A stretch of 58,742 nucleotides of DNA, counting the filler, from Jimgerdemannia flammicorona (Eukaryota), in the NCBI GenBank assembly GCA_003990765.1. It is 3 parts of 3 records of this genome, joined end to end, with 100 filler letters (N's around TTAATTAATTAA, not from the genome) between each part and the next. Parts side by side here need not be neighbours in the genome. Positions count along the whole stretch, not along the records: positions 19,618 to 39,133 come from RBNJ01001922.1; 2 more parts are not named here. One strand, given 5' to 3'. The stretch's first letter is position 1; each line of letters starts with the position of its first letter. Both the position numbers and the translations under genes were made by a program. Below are positions 24,990 to 37,299 of the stretch, one piece after another. The notes below the pieces were generated by a model that was given only the letters and a program-made list of their open reading frames with translations, made no database searches and was not told the DNA's origin.

Positions 24990-26795
24990 TATTACTAGAG
25001 AAAAATATATAATCTCATATATAAATATATTCTATACTAAAATCTGATATCAGATATATAATTCTTATAGATTATGCTAAGATTAAGTAGTTAAAGCAAT
25101 CTTTATAAAAAGAATTTATCTAAAAATAGTCATGGCTATTTACTCATTATTAGTAGTCTTAGACCTATTATAGAAGATTATCTATACTCAGTAATACTAG
25201 ATAGTCAGATATCTATAAGACTATATAATAGAAAGAGATACTAAAGTTAGGATTGAAGTACTTAAGATAACTAGCATAATCCACACTTTAATAGTCAATT
25301 AAAACATACTATAGCTAAAAGCTATAAAATAATAAAGAAATAGTAATTCCATAGAGGAATTAATTAAGAATTTTGTCAAAATGACTGCTTATCTAGGAGA
25401 TATAGTAAAGGAAATAGAGAAAGAGATTGTTGCCCAGTTCAGAAGTTTGCTGTCACCTTAAACAAAAAGAGATATATGTACTTGCTATATCTACAGAAAA
25501 GAAGACCACTACTTATATAAATATATAAGTGAGACTAAGTACAAGATTTAGCTAAGTAATACTACTTAAAATAAGAAATAGATCAACATTATTAACTTTG
25601 AAGAGATTGGAGAGTCTGATGAAGAAAAATGAGAGACCTACTCTACTTAGATCACTAAGAAGAATGTTTGTAAGAAACTCTATAAGAGGCTGCCAGAGAG
25701 ATCTAAGAAGAACTCAATAGAAAAACAGATAGAGACTACTATAGAAAACTAAGCAAAAGAAATAAATCAGAATGTAGAGTTGAAATAGGCTATTTAAGAT
25801 ATTATTTGAGGAACTACTCTAGCCAGTAAGAGAGAAAAAAAAAAAAAGCTTTATAAGTTTAAGATCTTTATATATAATATCTTCAAGAATCTCAGCTAAT
25901 AAAAGTCAATATAACCTTTGACCAGCTGGTAAAAATTTCTACATTCAGATAGTAAATGAGATTTTGACTTATTAAGATAACCAAGGATCAAGGCTGAAAG
26001 ATAACTAAGGTCAACAATATTCAAGAGAACTCTAAAGAAGAAAATAAAGACAATTATAAGACCTCTATCTATTCAATCTATTAGATTGAAGATAGAGTCT
26101 TTGAAGTTATTATTAACTTAGAGCAGAAGAATGTCTTCTTAGCAAAAAGGCAGCAGACTGCCTAGGTTGGAAGGTTGAAGAAATAACTATATTGGTGTTC
26201 ATTATAGCAGATGATATAAGAGCTATATCTCTGAGAAAGATCTGAGATATTCTTATCAAGTTTAGAGAAGTAATTATATATTCTAATAGATATAATCATA
26301 ATCAATATAGTCAATTATAATATCCTCAACCAATGACTTCATAAAGCTAGAGCAATAATTGACCTAAATGTCCAGAAGATACAGATTATCTACTATAGAT
26401 AGAAGATCTGAATCTTCATCAATATTAATAAAAGAGTTCTATCTAAAATAGAGAAAGAAAAAAGTGAGTAAGAAGAAGCTTACATAGTGACTATTTAGAA
26501 AAAAAAAGAAGAAAATTAGATAGATCAGTAAAAAGAACTAGTATAAGAAGATTATAAAAGAATATATTATAAGGCGTCTGCTTCCATAGAATCAGAATGT
26601 ACTATATAGAGTATGTTAACAATTGCTACTAGTGTACCAGCAGAATCAAAGAGATCTATTATCAAAGAAGATACAAGACTCTCAAGAAATAGGTAAAGAA
26701 GAAGAATGAGGATAATGAACCACCAGCTCTTCTAGAAGATACATAATGATGATGAAGAAGAGATTAAGATCAAGATTTAGAAGATCTATCCTAGG
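24990..26795 (+). mobile_element. second, more decayed copy of Gypsy 1 (gag, protease, start of dUTPase)
   Basis: Colinear with ~11300-13095, e.g. aaaatgactgcttatctaggagatatagtaaaggaaat vs aaaatgacagctcacctaggagatatagtaaaggaaat. Confidence 0.88.
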
Positions 26796-26958
26796 TTGTA
26801 TTATATTGATCCTTTATAGCCTACTTGATTTATCTATATAGTAAATAGTTTACAATCAAGTCTTCTATCTACTAATATTACAGTATTATTGTTTTTAGTA
26901 TAATTCATAGCTATGAATACAGCTCTTGCAGATCTTCTGAGGCTGAATAGTATAAGGG

Positions 26959-27482
26959 TAGTGCTCTGAATAAGTTGATTTAAATCAATTCAAAGTAGCT
27001 TATAGGTGATATAATTTGATATGTATATCAATATTATTATTTTGATTTCCAAATTAGATAATTAAATATTTACATCAATAATTTGATGAAAAATTATCCA
27101 ATTTTGATCATTCAAAAGCCCTTAACATGACCTTTCTAATGATATCAAGAATATTAAAATTGGATGATATGTTACTGAGTTATCAAGAAAAACATCTGAC
27201 TTACCAATTTTGGAAATTTCTTCAAAAGAATGTTTCATTGATAACTTGGTGATACATCATCTAATTTCAGTATTCTTGGTATTATTAGAAAGGTCTCTTT
27301 AGGGACTTTGAATGACACCATAATTATCAAAATTGGATGAGGTTTCATTAAGTTATTGATGTAAACATTTTATTGTTTAATTTGGAAATCAAAACAACAA
27401 TATTGACATGTCAAATTTGGACCACCTATAAGCCACTTTGAATTAATTCGAATCAATCCAAATTGACTTGTTCAGAGCACTA
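26959..27482. mobile_element. non-autonomous hAT-type foldback element (524 bp)
   Basis: Ends TAGTGCTCTGAA...TTCAGAGCACTA; largely self-complementary; 8-bp TSD tataaggg/cataaggg. Confidence 0.88.
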
Positions 27483-27619
27483 CATAAGGGCCACTTGTTG
27501 CAGTGTGTCAGGGTTCTGACAGCAGCATATTGCTTAAAATCATCAAGAAAGGTGATGATTGACTTTGAACAGTTGTCGCGCATTGTAGTGCATATGGTCC
27601 TTCTTTAGGCACAAATCCG

Positions 27620-28260
27620 AATGTATCCTGTCGCTTACAAGCCAAGGAGATGCCATAAATTGTATGTTAGAGCAGATAATGATACCGTCCCATCTTCGAC
27701 GATCTGGGCATCCCTCGGAACCGGCCAAACAGTCAACTCATTATCAGGTGACTGATACAATCAACTAAGCTGTGTAATCCAACCACATTTAAGATAACAT
27801 TCCGGTTTGATCCTGTATGGAATACTATCCCTTGGATTTGGTAATGTCAGCAAAACAGGACTTGGCAGTCATACCCATTAGATGACTGACGCCACCAACT
27901 ACGCCATGTAATCCACGTCCTAGAGTGGATAACCGTCTGGTTCGATCTGGGCACACGAACACGTTTGGCCAAACAGGGTTCGGCAATCAAACTCGCCATC
28001 AGATGATTGGACTTCATAAACTATCCTGTCGATTACAAGCATTAGGGCCCAGTTCTCGACTTCGATGATCTGGGTACGAACAAGTATCCCTCGGATTTGG
28101 CCCAACAGGGCTTGGCAGCCACACTCAACATTAGATGATTGGACGCCATCAACTATGCCGTGTAATCCGGCTGTACCCTGTCGCTTACAAGAATTGAGCC
28201 TGGTTCTCGATGATGGGCACGAACACGTATTTGGTTGGCAGTCACATTCGCATGACGATG
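27620..28260 (+). repeat. degenerate ~110-130 bp tandem units (also at ~35100-35600 and ~37300-37500)
   Basis: Recurrent atccctcggatttggcc-aaacagggcttggcagtcacactc-gacgccatcaactatgccgtgtaatcc blocks. Confidence 0.8.
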
Positions 28261-28300
28261 TGTAATCATAGTTACACAAGTACACATTGTTCAAACTGGA

Positions 28301-28399
28301 CTACGCAACACAATTGAAATAGCCATAAACAACCCTATTTTATAATAGATATATGTGATGACATAGTTTGTTTATGTCTATTTAAATTGTGTTGCATGG
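28301..28399. mobile_element. MITE of the CTATG..CATAG family, reverse orientation
   Basis: ~30-bp TIRs ctacgcaacacaattgaaatagccataaacaa and ttgtttatgtctatttaaattgtgttgcatgg; absent at the paralogous site ~35700. Confidence 0.75.
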
Positions 28400-29844
28400 T
28401 ACCCATATATCTTACGAGTAAAGGAGATGACATATTTAGATCATGGCCTGTACCGTGCTCGACTGAAATTGACTTTGTATTTTAAAGTTGTCGGCTGAAC
28501 GATGATTGTTAGCAGAACGATGATTGCTGCCTGAACGACAGTTTTTGGATGAACCACGATTATTATTGGCGGAACGACTGTTGGATTATTGGCTGAACGA
28601 CAAATATTGGCAGAATAAGGTAGGAGAATTGACGACGCTCGTTGGCAGAAATAGCGTAATCATAGAGAAATGGGACTATGACTTACGAGCACATACTGGT
28701 TATGCTTGTACTTACACTCGTATCAATCAATATTAAAATGTCCCAAAAGCAGTGCTCCCCAAGAGACGACAATCTGTGGGCAAAGTGGGAATCAGTCAAT
28801 GTGCACATTTCAAGTAGTTTATTCCTCATCATAATACAGAAGGTCAACCCCAGTGGTTCGCAAGCCCATGTGGAGGCCGTCAATGTGAATATCGGCGTGG
28901 ACCTGAGACAGTAGGCTGGGGTTTAGAACTCAAGGTTCAAAAATGAGATTAACAACAACAGATCATTGATCGATATAATAGGGTTTCAACTATTAAGAAC
29001 GTATACTACACTTGGTCCTAGTCAATTGGCCTGAGAGGATTGCAAGGTACATCCAGCGCCAACAGCCTCCATTTGTATTCCTAAGGAAACAGCAAGGATT
29101 CCGGAGACAGTAGCAGATATAGATGCAGTCGTCAAGACTTTTTTGGAGGGGGTGAGGAGGGGAGAGGAGGAGACAGTCCACAATATGTCAATAAGATGTT
29201 GTGCGAAATGATGACACCCAAACAAAAAAAAAAAAAAAAAAAAAAAACTAGCTCAGCTATTGCTAAAAACCCGACTCGATATCAACTCGGTATCTATCAC
29301 CATCTTGATGTCATCGTTCTTCACCTCCTCGTCCACATTTATATTCTCAGACGAAAGCGGAGACGATGGCGGCGCCATCAGTTGTGTTGGAATAATCGGT
29401 GGCCGGAGTGGAATTCGCAGTAGAAGCCTGTGAAAATGTAGAGTGATGTTAATTGGACTCTTAATAAACCAATTCTCACGTTAACCAAGTAAAGCTGTGG
29501 TCAGACAAAATACTACCTTTTCCAAACAAGGAGGCGAGGAAATCATCTGCAGCAAAAATAGGTCTAATTATAATAACTGTTAGCAGGACCCAAATCACAT
29601 TCGAGAAGTGATATTGAAACCCCAATAACCATTCTGTCTCAATAACTCTCCAACTTACATTGTTGAACCTTTATTAGATCCGGCGACCAATCCCACACGT
29701 CCGATCACACAACCTGTCTGTCGCATGAAAAAAAAAAAAAAGGTGAACGGTTTTGTGCGGCATGCCTGCAAGGTTTGGACAGGTTCGTAAAGCAGATGGC
29801 ATACCTGTGTTGAGTCGAGTTCCCAAAATCTGGCCAAGCCAAAA

Positions 29845-30043
29845 ATACTCTGCTAGGGCGTGTGCCCCCTCATCGCCAATGCTGTTCCCTGAGAAATGAA
29901 CAACCATGCACACATCGTGAGCTTGATTCTATTGCGCAGCCGCATCAATTGCTTTACACCTTGGAGATTCAGCGAAGTCAAGGTCGTGTTCTGCTTCAAA
30001 CACTCGGCAAAGAAGCGTGCCCCCTTGTGGCCGATGCTGTTCG
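29845..30043 (-). pseudogene. RI-class leucine-rich-repeat gene fragment
   Basis: 84-nt exon 30043-29960 (NSIGHKGARFFAECLKQNTTLTSLNLQ) and a truncated next exon (NSIGDEGAHALAE), with duplicated intron sequence. Confidence 0.8.
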
Positions 30044-30655
30044 CTAAGAAATGAACAGGAGGGAATGAGCGAACATGCACACATCGTGAACTTGATTCCA
30101 TTGCACGGCGTCCAACAATAATTTCGGCCAATCCTCATGGAAATACGATGCGAAATGTCAACTGGCCGAAAAACCCACAGGTGTTTACTGGCCTAATTAG
30201 TTCCATCGGCCATACTGTGTTGTGCCGGCCTTACGGAATTCATTTCACACGCTCGTCGTTGTACGACCTGTGCAACCTTTCGGTATGCTTAGAGAACAGA
30301 AGACCATTCCGACCACGATACCTTGTCGCTATTCTGACCACTCTGCCAACCTCGATATCACTCGAGAGCTCGACAACGGCTTAGACTCCACAGTCCCCTC
30401 CACCTCGCACGACTCTAACAGGGCTCGCTGCCAGACATAATTGCTCCCACCATTTTCTTCCGTTCGAGTCGTGCTTCAATAGCCACAATCAGCATAAACA
30501 TTCCAGTCCCGCATCAAAGCGCGTCCTTACGTACACCTGCCGGAATCCTGCGACACAGTCCTTAGCCTGGCGTGATCCGGCACGGATATTCGACCTGGTG
30601 ACCTCAAGTTCCCGTTCCCGCGCTGGAATCGGGAGAGGGAGGGGAGAGGGAGGAA

Positions 30656-31310
30656 TGGTTGTGTCGGCGACATGGGTTCTCAATTTTTTGAGGCCTGGAA
30701 GAACGTTTTCTGGGAACAAGAATCTCGTGAGCCAGCCGGCAAGGTGGAAGGGGTGGAGGTTTAGGTGGATGTATTGTGTAGTATATGATTGGTTTGCTAT
30801 GTGTTGGGTGAGTTGACAGAACACATCCTCATGACCCCTATGCCATTCAATCGCACATGCGTATGCACAAGATAATTCACGAGGTCGACTACGTAACGGC
30901 ACCGTCATCAGCCTGATGGAGGCGCTCAACGTCCCTACCACCGACAAGACTGTCATCACATACTTGGAGGACGAGTTGAGTTTCGCTGACTTCGGTAGAT
31001 CAGAGTTTGTAGACGTGTTGTGGTGTGTGCGGTTAGGATTGACTATGCGATTTTCACTTTGTGCGGGATTTAGTATTATTTCTTCCTTCCCCTTCTCAAT
31101 TACTACGTCTGCTTCTTCTGTCTTAATCTATATTACCCGTTTTCCCTGCCATGCTGCAGATCGTCGACTCCATCAACCACATCCTGTGGACCAACAACTG
31201 GGAGGGAGATAGAGAGAAGGACATGAAGCACTGGAAACTATTCGAACCATGCGTGAGGACAGATGATCGAGAATGAGTTGCAGTGGAATAGTTTCCATGA
31301 CGTGGTGAGA
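30656..31310 (+). pseudogene. GID4/Vid24-like pseudogene, copy 2
   Basis: LNFLRPGRTFSGNKNL..IIHEVDY..LMEALNVPTTDKTVITYLEDE|(donor mutated to ttgagt)..IVDSINHILWTNNWEGDREKDMKHWKLFEP; homologous to ~3955-4620. Confidence 0.8.
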
Positions 31311-32339
31311 TGACTTTCTTGTATGTGTGAGATATTGTTTTCTTATTTGTAAATCTTGGCGAGTGTGCAATATGACTGGGTAGTCATCATGGTTGCGGCC
31401 AATAGCACTTGTATCAGTAATGAAAACCAAGGCACCCAAGTATTTTTGAGCTTGTTATCCCTTCCAAAACACTTTGCTACTCGGATTGTGTTGAAATGGC
31501 AGAGTCTTCACCGCCAGCTACCAGTCACGTGAACCTCCAATTAAGCGACCTAAAAACATTCCTGTCAATTTACATCCTTTTCTACATAATATTCTGCATT
31601 GAAATGTGGTTGGAAGCCCATGAATAAAGGCTAAGAATGGACCGGCACAAGTTGCTTTGGAATATTGGCCTAACTATGGAGATTTGACACCGATCGACAC
31701 AGATGTTACTTGTTTTGGATTTGGTGTCGTCATCAACCCAGCTAGAGAATTAGTTGCTAACATATAAAGACTGGTCGAAAACGTAGTAAATTAAGACGTC
31801 GCAAGGCAACTGGCCAAGTCTAACAAAGATATCCCCTATGAGAAGAAAAAGAAACGGACTCTTTAGCAGCAATCACGCTAATGGCGACGATAGCTTTGGT
31901 AGACATTTGGGCTTAGCTATGGTAGCAACATTTGGCACACATGGGCTTGGTGGACTCGACGGAAAAAGGCAAGGTGAGGGTGTTATGGCTAGTTTGGCAC
32001 ATGACGGTGGCACGTTGACTTGTGTTGGCTTGTACTTGTCAATCACGTCCACTGATCTTGACTAATAATTGGTGTGAAAGAAATGGCCTTTCCAAAGCAT
32101 TAATAAATATAAAATTAAGAACATGCCATTGTTCATTCTGATGATTGCAAAGGTGTGCGTTGCTCTGTCGCGCATTCGCAACCTCAAAAGCCTTGGTATC
32201 CTTGGCGATTTCGTTTTCTTTGCGCTCTTACGTGCCTTCAAGTTGTGTTTCCACCTTGAACGATCAATATGAGGCGCGCGCATACCACGAGCGATAAAGG
32301 ACTCCAGCAACGGAGCAATCCACGGATGATAAACTGTCC

Positions 32340-32530
32340 TCAGTAATACAGAGCTGGCAATTCGTAAAGATAAATTGGCGGCCCTACGAAACGTGTTACA
32401 ATCTTGAAAGGGCTGTGTGAGACTTACTTCCGAGGCTGGTGCGCATATCCCTACCATTACTATGAACATGGAACAGTCGGAAATTGAATTGATGAGCTGA
32501 GACTGCCACGCCATGTGCTGTGGCATTGTG
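32340..32530 (+). pseudogene. Cys-rich fragment, copy B
   Basis: ..YFRGWCAYPYHYYEHGTVG[insertion]DCHAMCCG. Confidence 0.45.
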
Positions 32531-33113
32531 GATAAAAATCAGGGACTATCTGGGTTGAGGTACTATTAGGGGCCACCGTGTTTTCAGCCTCGTGTAGTCC
32601 GAGATAGCCCACCGCATAGTTTCATGCATGCTGTCAACTGAGCAGCTAGATCCAAACCGGGAGAGTATCCCAAAACTGTTTCATATTCAAAAGGGTGTGA
32701 CCGTGGTAAAGGACGGTTATCAAATTTTTATGTTACCCCCTGAGGCGTTTTCTTGTATGAAAAGGGAGGATCGACAAGTGGGCAAAAATGAAAATGAAAG
32801 TCCGTGTGACGTTCTTTTGATTATTTGACTTGTCCGACTGTGATGGGTGACCCGTCCCGGTTGATCCATTCGGAGCAAAGTTGGGAGGTATATTGCTGAA
32901 AATGGAACTCAGGAATTTTTTCAGCGTTGCTCGAATACATAGGAGGCCTACACGTGGCTAAAGATACCCGCATTATTTGAAAGCTCGTATGGTGTACTTT
33001 ATTAATGTTTTAGGATGGTGTATTTGGAATCCAACGGACAGATGTCCTCATTTATTTGATTTGCCCGACAACAATCATCTCATGAAAAGAATAATACAGC
33101 TTCATTGTACATG

Positions 33114-34332
33114 TTACGCCATTGTTATATCATCTGCTTTTTCCTCGACGGCTTCTACTTTAGTAGTTGTTTCCGTTTCAGATGCTCTTCTGAGATGGTT
33201 TACGACTGCCTTAATAATGAGGCAAACCATGCAAAAGCATAGAATTAAATTGAACCAGAAGAAGCCCACAATCTAAAGGTGAAACGATTTCCACAATATT
33301 AGAAAATGACATTTAGCTGGGGGACGCTTGACACATTGAATCTGATATATAGAATGCACTCACATCAGTCGTACAGGCGCCCGTAGGGACCCCAATTTGT
33401 GCACTTCGTATAGATGTCATTGCGAAGAGCATTGTAGCACCGAGAGAACTGTAACCAATAATCTCTTGAATATCTTTCGGGTGTTCCTGTATGGTATATG
33501 GTTATAATATGTTAATCAAGATCTCAGATTATCACATTACCAGTAAACATGAAAATGGCCGAGAAATTTTACCTCTTTAAAGAATACAAACTTCATTGTC
33601 AAGAAAGTGTACAAGACGATTATAATCCACATTGCTGTCACTAACAATATACTATTCAATAATACACTATTAGCCAACTTGATCAATGATAATTAAAAAC
33701 GGTAACACAATACAAGATGATAACTGGATTGATTGAACCTACCTGAAACCCTTCACCAAATTCGTTCTGTCAAAATCGCAAAAAAAAACAAATCCGTCCG
33801 ATGTCTCGAATAATTGTCCATTACCACGTAGCGACGGATAGTTGCAATATATGGTAATGTTCGTTTTTGGTGCCACCGACGACGTTTGGTTATTGTAAAC
33901 AACAGAGAAGAGTCCATAGACACTCCATGTATCAAATGGATAGAGTTTTGATTGTCCAAACAGATCCGGTGAGCTATCCACCCCTTTCAAAGCATTAAAA
34001 GTGGAATTGACTTTGAATTCCCCTGGCTTATCGCCCATGGTAACGTTGATCGCCTTAGCAAGCTGACCGGCGTCGTTGCGGAAATCATTATAAGGTATAA
34101 AATCGTAATAAATCTGGAAAGTAAAGTCGTCGAAGGAAAGTTTTTGGAAAAATATAGAGAAAGTGAAATCTGTGTTGATATATCCGTCGCTCGACGCAGA
34201 TGCATATTTTTCTTGATCCCAGATATACTTAGAGATAGTCACGGCTGCAATGACGGCAATGAAGATGAAGAAAGGGATGAGGAATTTCTTGAACGAAATG
34301 CGGAACTTGGGTATCTGGCCTAGGGTAAACAT
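33114..34332 (-). CDS. DUF4436-like membrane protein (316 aa, 4 exons)
   Basis: Exons 34332-33743, 33651-33573, 33486-33364 and 33272-33114 total 951 nt with no internal stop. N-terminal TM, LYPFDTW motif, R-T-x-LVKGFS, then 3 TMs with MLFAMTSIRSAQIGVPTGACTTDIVGFFW, matching the DUF4436 pattern. Confidence 0.88.
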
Positions 34333-35099
34333 TTTAAGGGGTCTCGACAAAATTGAAAGTTGACGGTAAACTTCGCAGGTTGTCTCTCTAATTATAGCAG
34401 ATTTCAACAGCAACGATAACCCGTTGCAAACAGAAAGTGGCATGAGAGATCTGCTCCTGGGAAAAACTTTGACTCCGAAAAATTAAAACTGGACCAATCC
34501 TCCGATGGCCTTTGGACACCAGTAACAATGTCAGTCCTCGTGCGCATTAGAGCGGATAACCGTCCGTTTCGATCTGATCCGTCCGGTCCGTCATGTCTGA
34601 GCGTGCATAAATACCAAATTGGGGAGCTTTTCATGCGGCCGTTCGGTTTTACAGAATGCCCACGCCTTGGGGCATTTGGAGAGAGCAATTCTGTGATGCA
34701 TGATTTGTCAGTGGACGGAAAGTCCATACCATTATGGACAGATGTTTTTGTTACGAAATTTTGTAACTAACCAACTGGATGGCTACTTTGGTAATGAGAT
34801 GACAGAAAACTTGGTGATGGTTCTTCCATCCAATGTATGGATGACTTTCCGGTAGGAGATCCTCATTTGACTGCAAGTCAGAAGAACCTTAATGATGGGA
34901 CGCTGATCTGCGGATCCTAGTGCCCGGAGTAGCACAACCCGACCCAGAGGTCAGGATAACGCCATTTACCGATCAAATTGGATTTACGGCAATTGTCGCA
35001 CATCGTTCTGCGCTTTTTCGTGTATATGTTCTTCTTTAGGGCGAGAATCAAGGAAGTTACACAATCCCGTCATGTCATATTTAACCATAAATGTGCATT

Positions 35100-35600
35100 C
35101 GAGCACATAACCGTCCAGTCTCGTCTTCGATGGCCTGGGCACGAACATACCAACTATGCCGTGTAATCCGACAAGGAGGTGCACTAGAGCGATTATCCGT
35201 CCAATCTCGTTTTCGATGGAACCGTATCCCTCGGATTTGGCAATGTCAGTGCCAAACAGGCCCTGGAAGACATCCTCACCGTCAAGTGATTGACGCCATC
35301 AAATACGCTGTGTAATCCGCGCCCAAGGAGCGAAAAACAGTCTGGTTCGATACACATCCCTCGGATTTGGCCAAACAGGGTTGGCAGTCACACTCGCCAT
35401 CAGATGACCGACGCCACCAACTTCTAAGCATGAACACGCATCCCTCGGATTAGGCTAAATCATGAGACGATCAACTATGCCGTGTAATCCGACTGTATCC
35501 TGTCATCCTGTCACGGTTCTCGTCTTCGATGGTCTGGGCCGAACCCGTCAGAGCTTGACAGTCACACTCACCATCTGATGGCGATTGCGTAATCGAGATT
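35100..35600 (+). repeat. second cluster of the ~120-bp degenerate units
   Basis: Same blocks as 27620-28260. Confidence 0.75.
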
Positions 35601-36371
35601 TGCATAGTTACACGAGGACAGACTATGCGTCGGCTTGACCGTGCACATGTCCTTTTTTAGATCGAAGATTGTATAGTTATAGGTACACTGTACATATTGC
35701 ACCCAAATATCTTACGAGTCAAGGAGATGTCATATTTAGCAAAAGAGCAGATCAAATGACGATTGTTGGATTATTAGAATGACACGTCGACTTGAGATAA
35801 ACCGCGGTAAAGTCAGTCATGCCCATTGAAATGCTGTTATTGTGTGCAGAAACTTTCACTGTAAAATTATAACCGCATTAGTATGGATCCAGATCAATCG
35901 AAAATCCGATTATAGTGGCAGCAAACAATATGTATAATAAATGGTCTTTCCAAAACATTAATAAATATAAAAAAAAAAATAAGAACGTGGCATTGTTCAT
36001 TCTATCGATTGCAAAGGCGTACGTTGCTCTATTGCACATTCACAACCTTAAAGGCCTTGGCATCTTCTACAATTTCGATCTTGGCGTTATCGCAAGGCTG
36101 GCGAAATACACAGAGGACATGGTACAGGAACCGGTTCGGCTGCAGGCTCTCTCTGAAAATATCATGACTAACATGCGTAGGTTTTTACCGCCGCCATCGC
36201 TTCGTTTACGCAAACATATCTGTACACAGTGTACGAGGCGCGTACATCCCATACTATAGATATGTAAAATATTTCGCAGGCAGTTTTGCCTGCATTAAAG
36301 ATGAATCCAGAGAGCACTCTCCTAGGGAGCAGTTTGGGGCGCGACATGCCCTGATTTTAAATTTAAAATAC

Positions 36372-36560
36372 ACATAATGCCACAGCACACGGCGTGGCAG
36401 TCTCCGACTGTGCCGTGTTCATAGTAATGGTAAGGATTCGCGCACCAGCCTCGGAAGCAAATCTCACAGCCCTTTCAGGATTGTACCACGTTTCCGCAGG
36501 TGCCACCAATTTAAACTTTACCAATTGCCAGCTTTGTAGTACTAGTCCGCCGCATTGTTT
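36372..36560 (-). pseudogene. Cys-rich fragment, copy C
   Basis: IGGTCGNVVQS*KGCEICFRGWCANPYHYYEHGTVGDCHAVCCG. Confidence 0.45.
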
Positions 36561-36666
36561 CCACAATTGTGTTATCTGATCGGCAGATACCATGACCTAA
36601 TAGGGTCGACATGTGACGCCAATGGGGTCTTCTTGCTAGAGTTTTCTCTGAATACGGGAGGTTCTA

Positions 36667-36966
36667 CTATGGGTCCCAATTCAAATAGACGTAAACAAAA
36701 CTTTAATTAGAATAAAAACGTCACATATTTCAACCTCTTGTTTACACCTATTTGAATTGGGGCCCATAGTACTATGGGTCCCAATTCAAATAGACGTAAA
36801 CAAAACTTTAATTATAATAAAAACGCCACATATTTCAACCTCTTGTTTACACCTATTTTAATTGGGGCCCATAGTACTATGCGACACAAGTCTAACAGCC
36901 ATAAACAAACCCGATATCATCACATATATCTATTGTAAAATAGACCATTCGACCTGTGTCGCATAG
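36667..36966. mobile_element. three tandem MITEs separated by single TA dinucleotides
   Basis: 36667-36769 and 36772-36874 (103 bp each, near-identical, ~32-bp TIR CTATGGG[T/C]CCCAATTCAAATAG..) and 36877-36966 (90 bp, TIR CTATGCGACACA[A/G]GTC). Confidence 0.9.
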
Positions 36967-37299
36967 TACAAGTAGGAAAAAATAATGAAAGTCCGTGTGG
37001 TGTATTCTGGGTGGAACTCAACGACGTTCAACCCGACTTTGGTCATCCCGACAACGTGCATCCGGGTCCGGGAAACGTTTTCAGGATGAGCTACTTAAGT
37101 CGGGATGAACGACCCAAAAATCGCTACACGCATCAGTCTGACAAGTCAAAAAATTTATTTGACTGACGGGTGACCTGTTCTGGGTCGATCCGTTCCGTCC
37201 GGAGCACTAGAGTTGGGAGGTATCGCTGCAAATGGAGTTCCCTTGCTCGGTTATCAAAGTGTATGTTACCCACGGGCGTTTTTTCTGAATACAGAACAT

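Noticed and set aside
27620..28260. CRISPR-like array
   Set aside because: Units are homologous along their whole length and highly degenerate; no constant repeat with unique spacers, no cas genes, eukaryotic context
36667..36966. CRISPR or structured ncRNA array
   Set aside because: Explained by TIR-bearing MITEs with TA flanks; the interiors of the first two units are nearly identical
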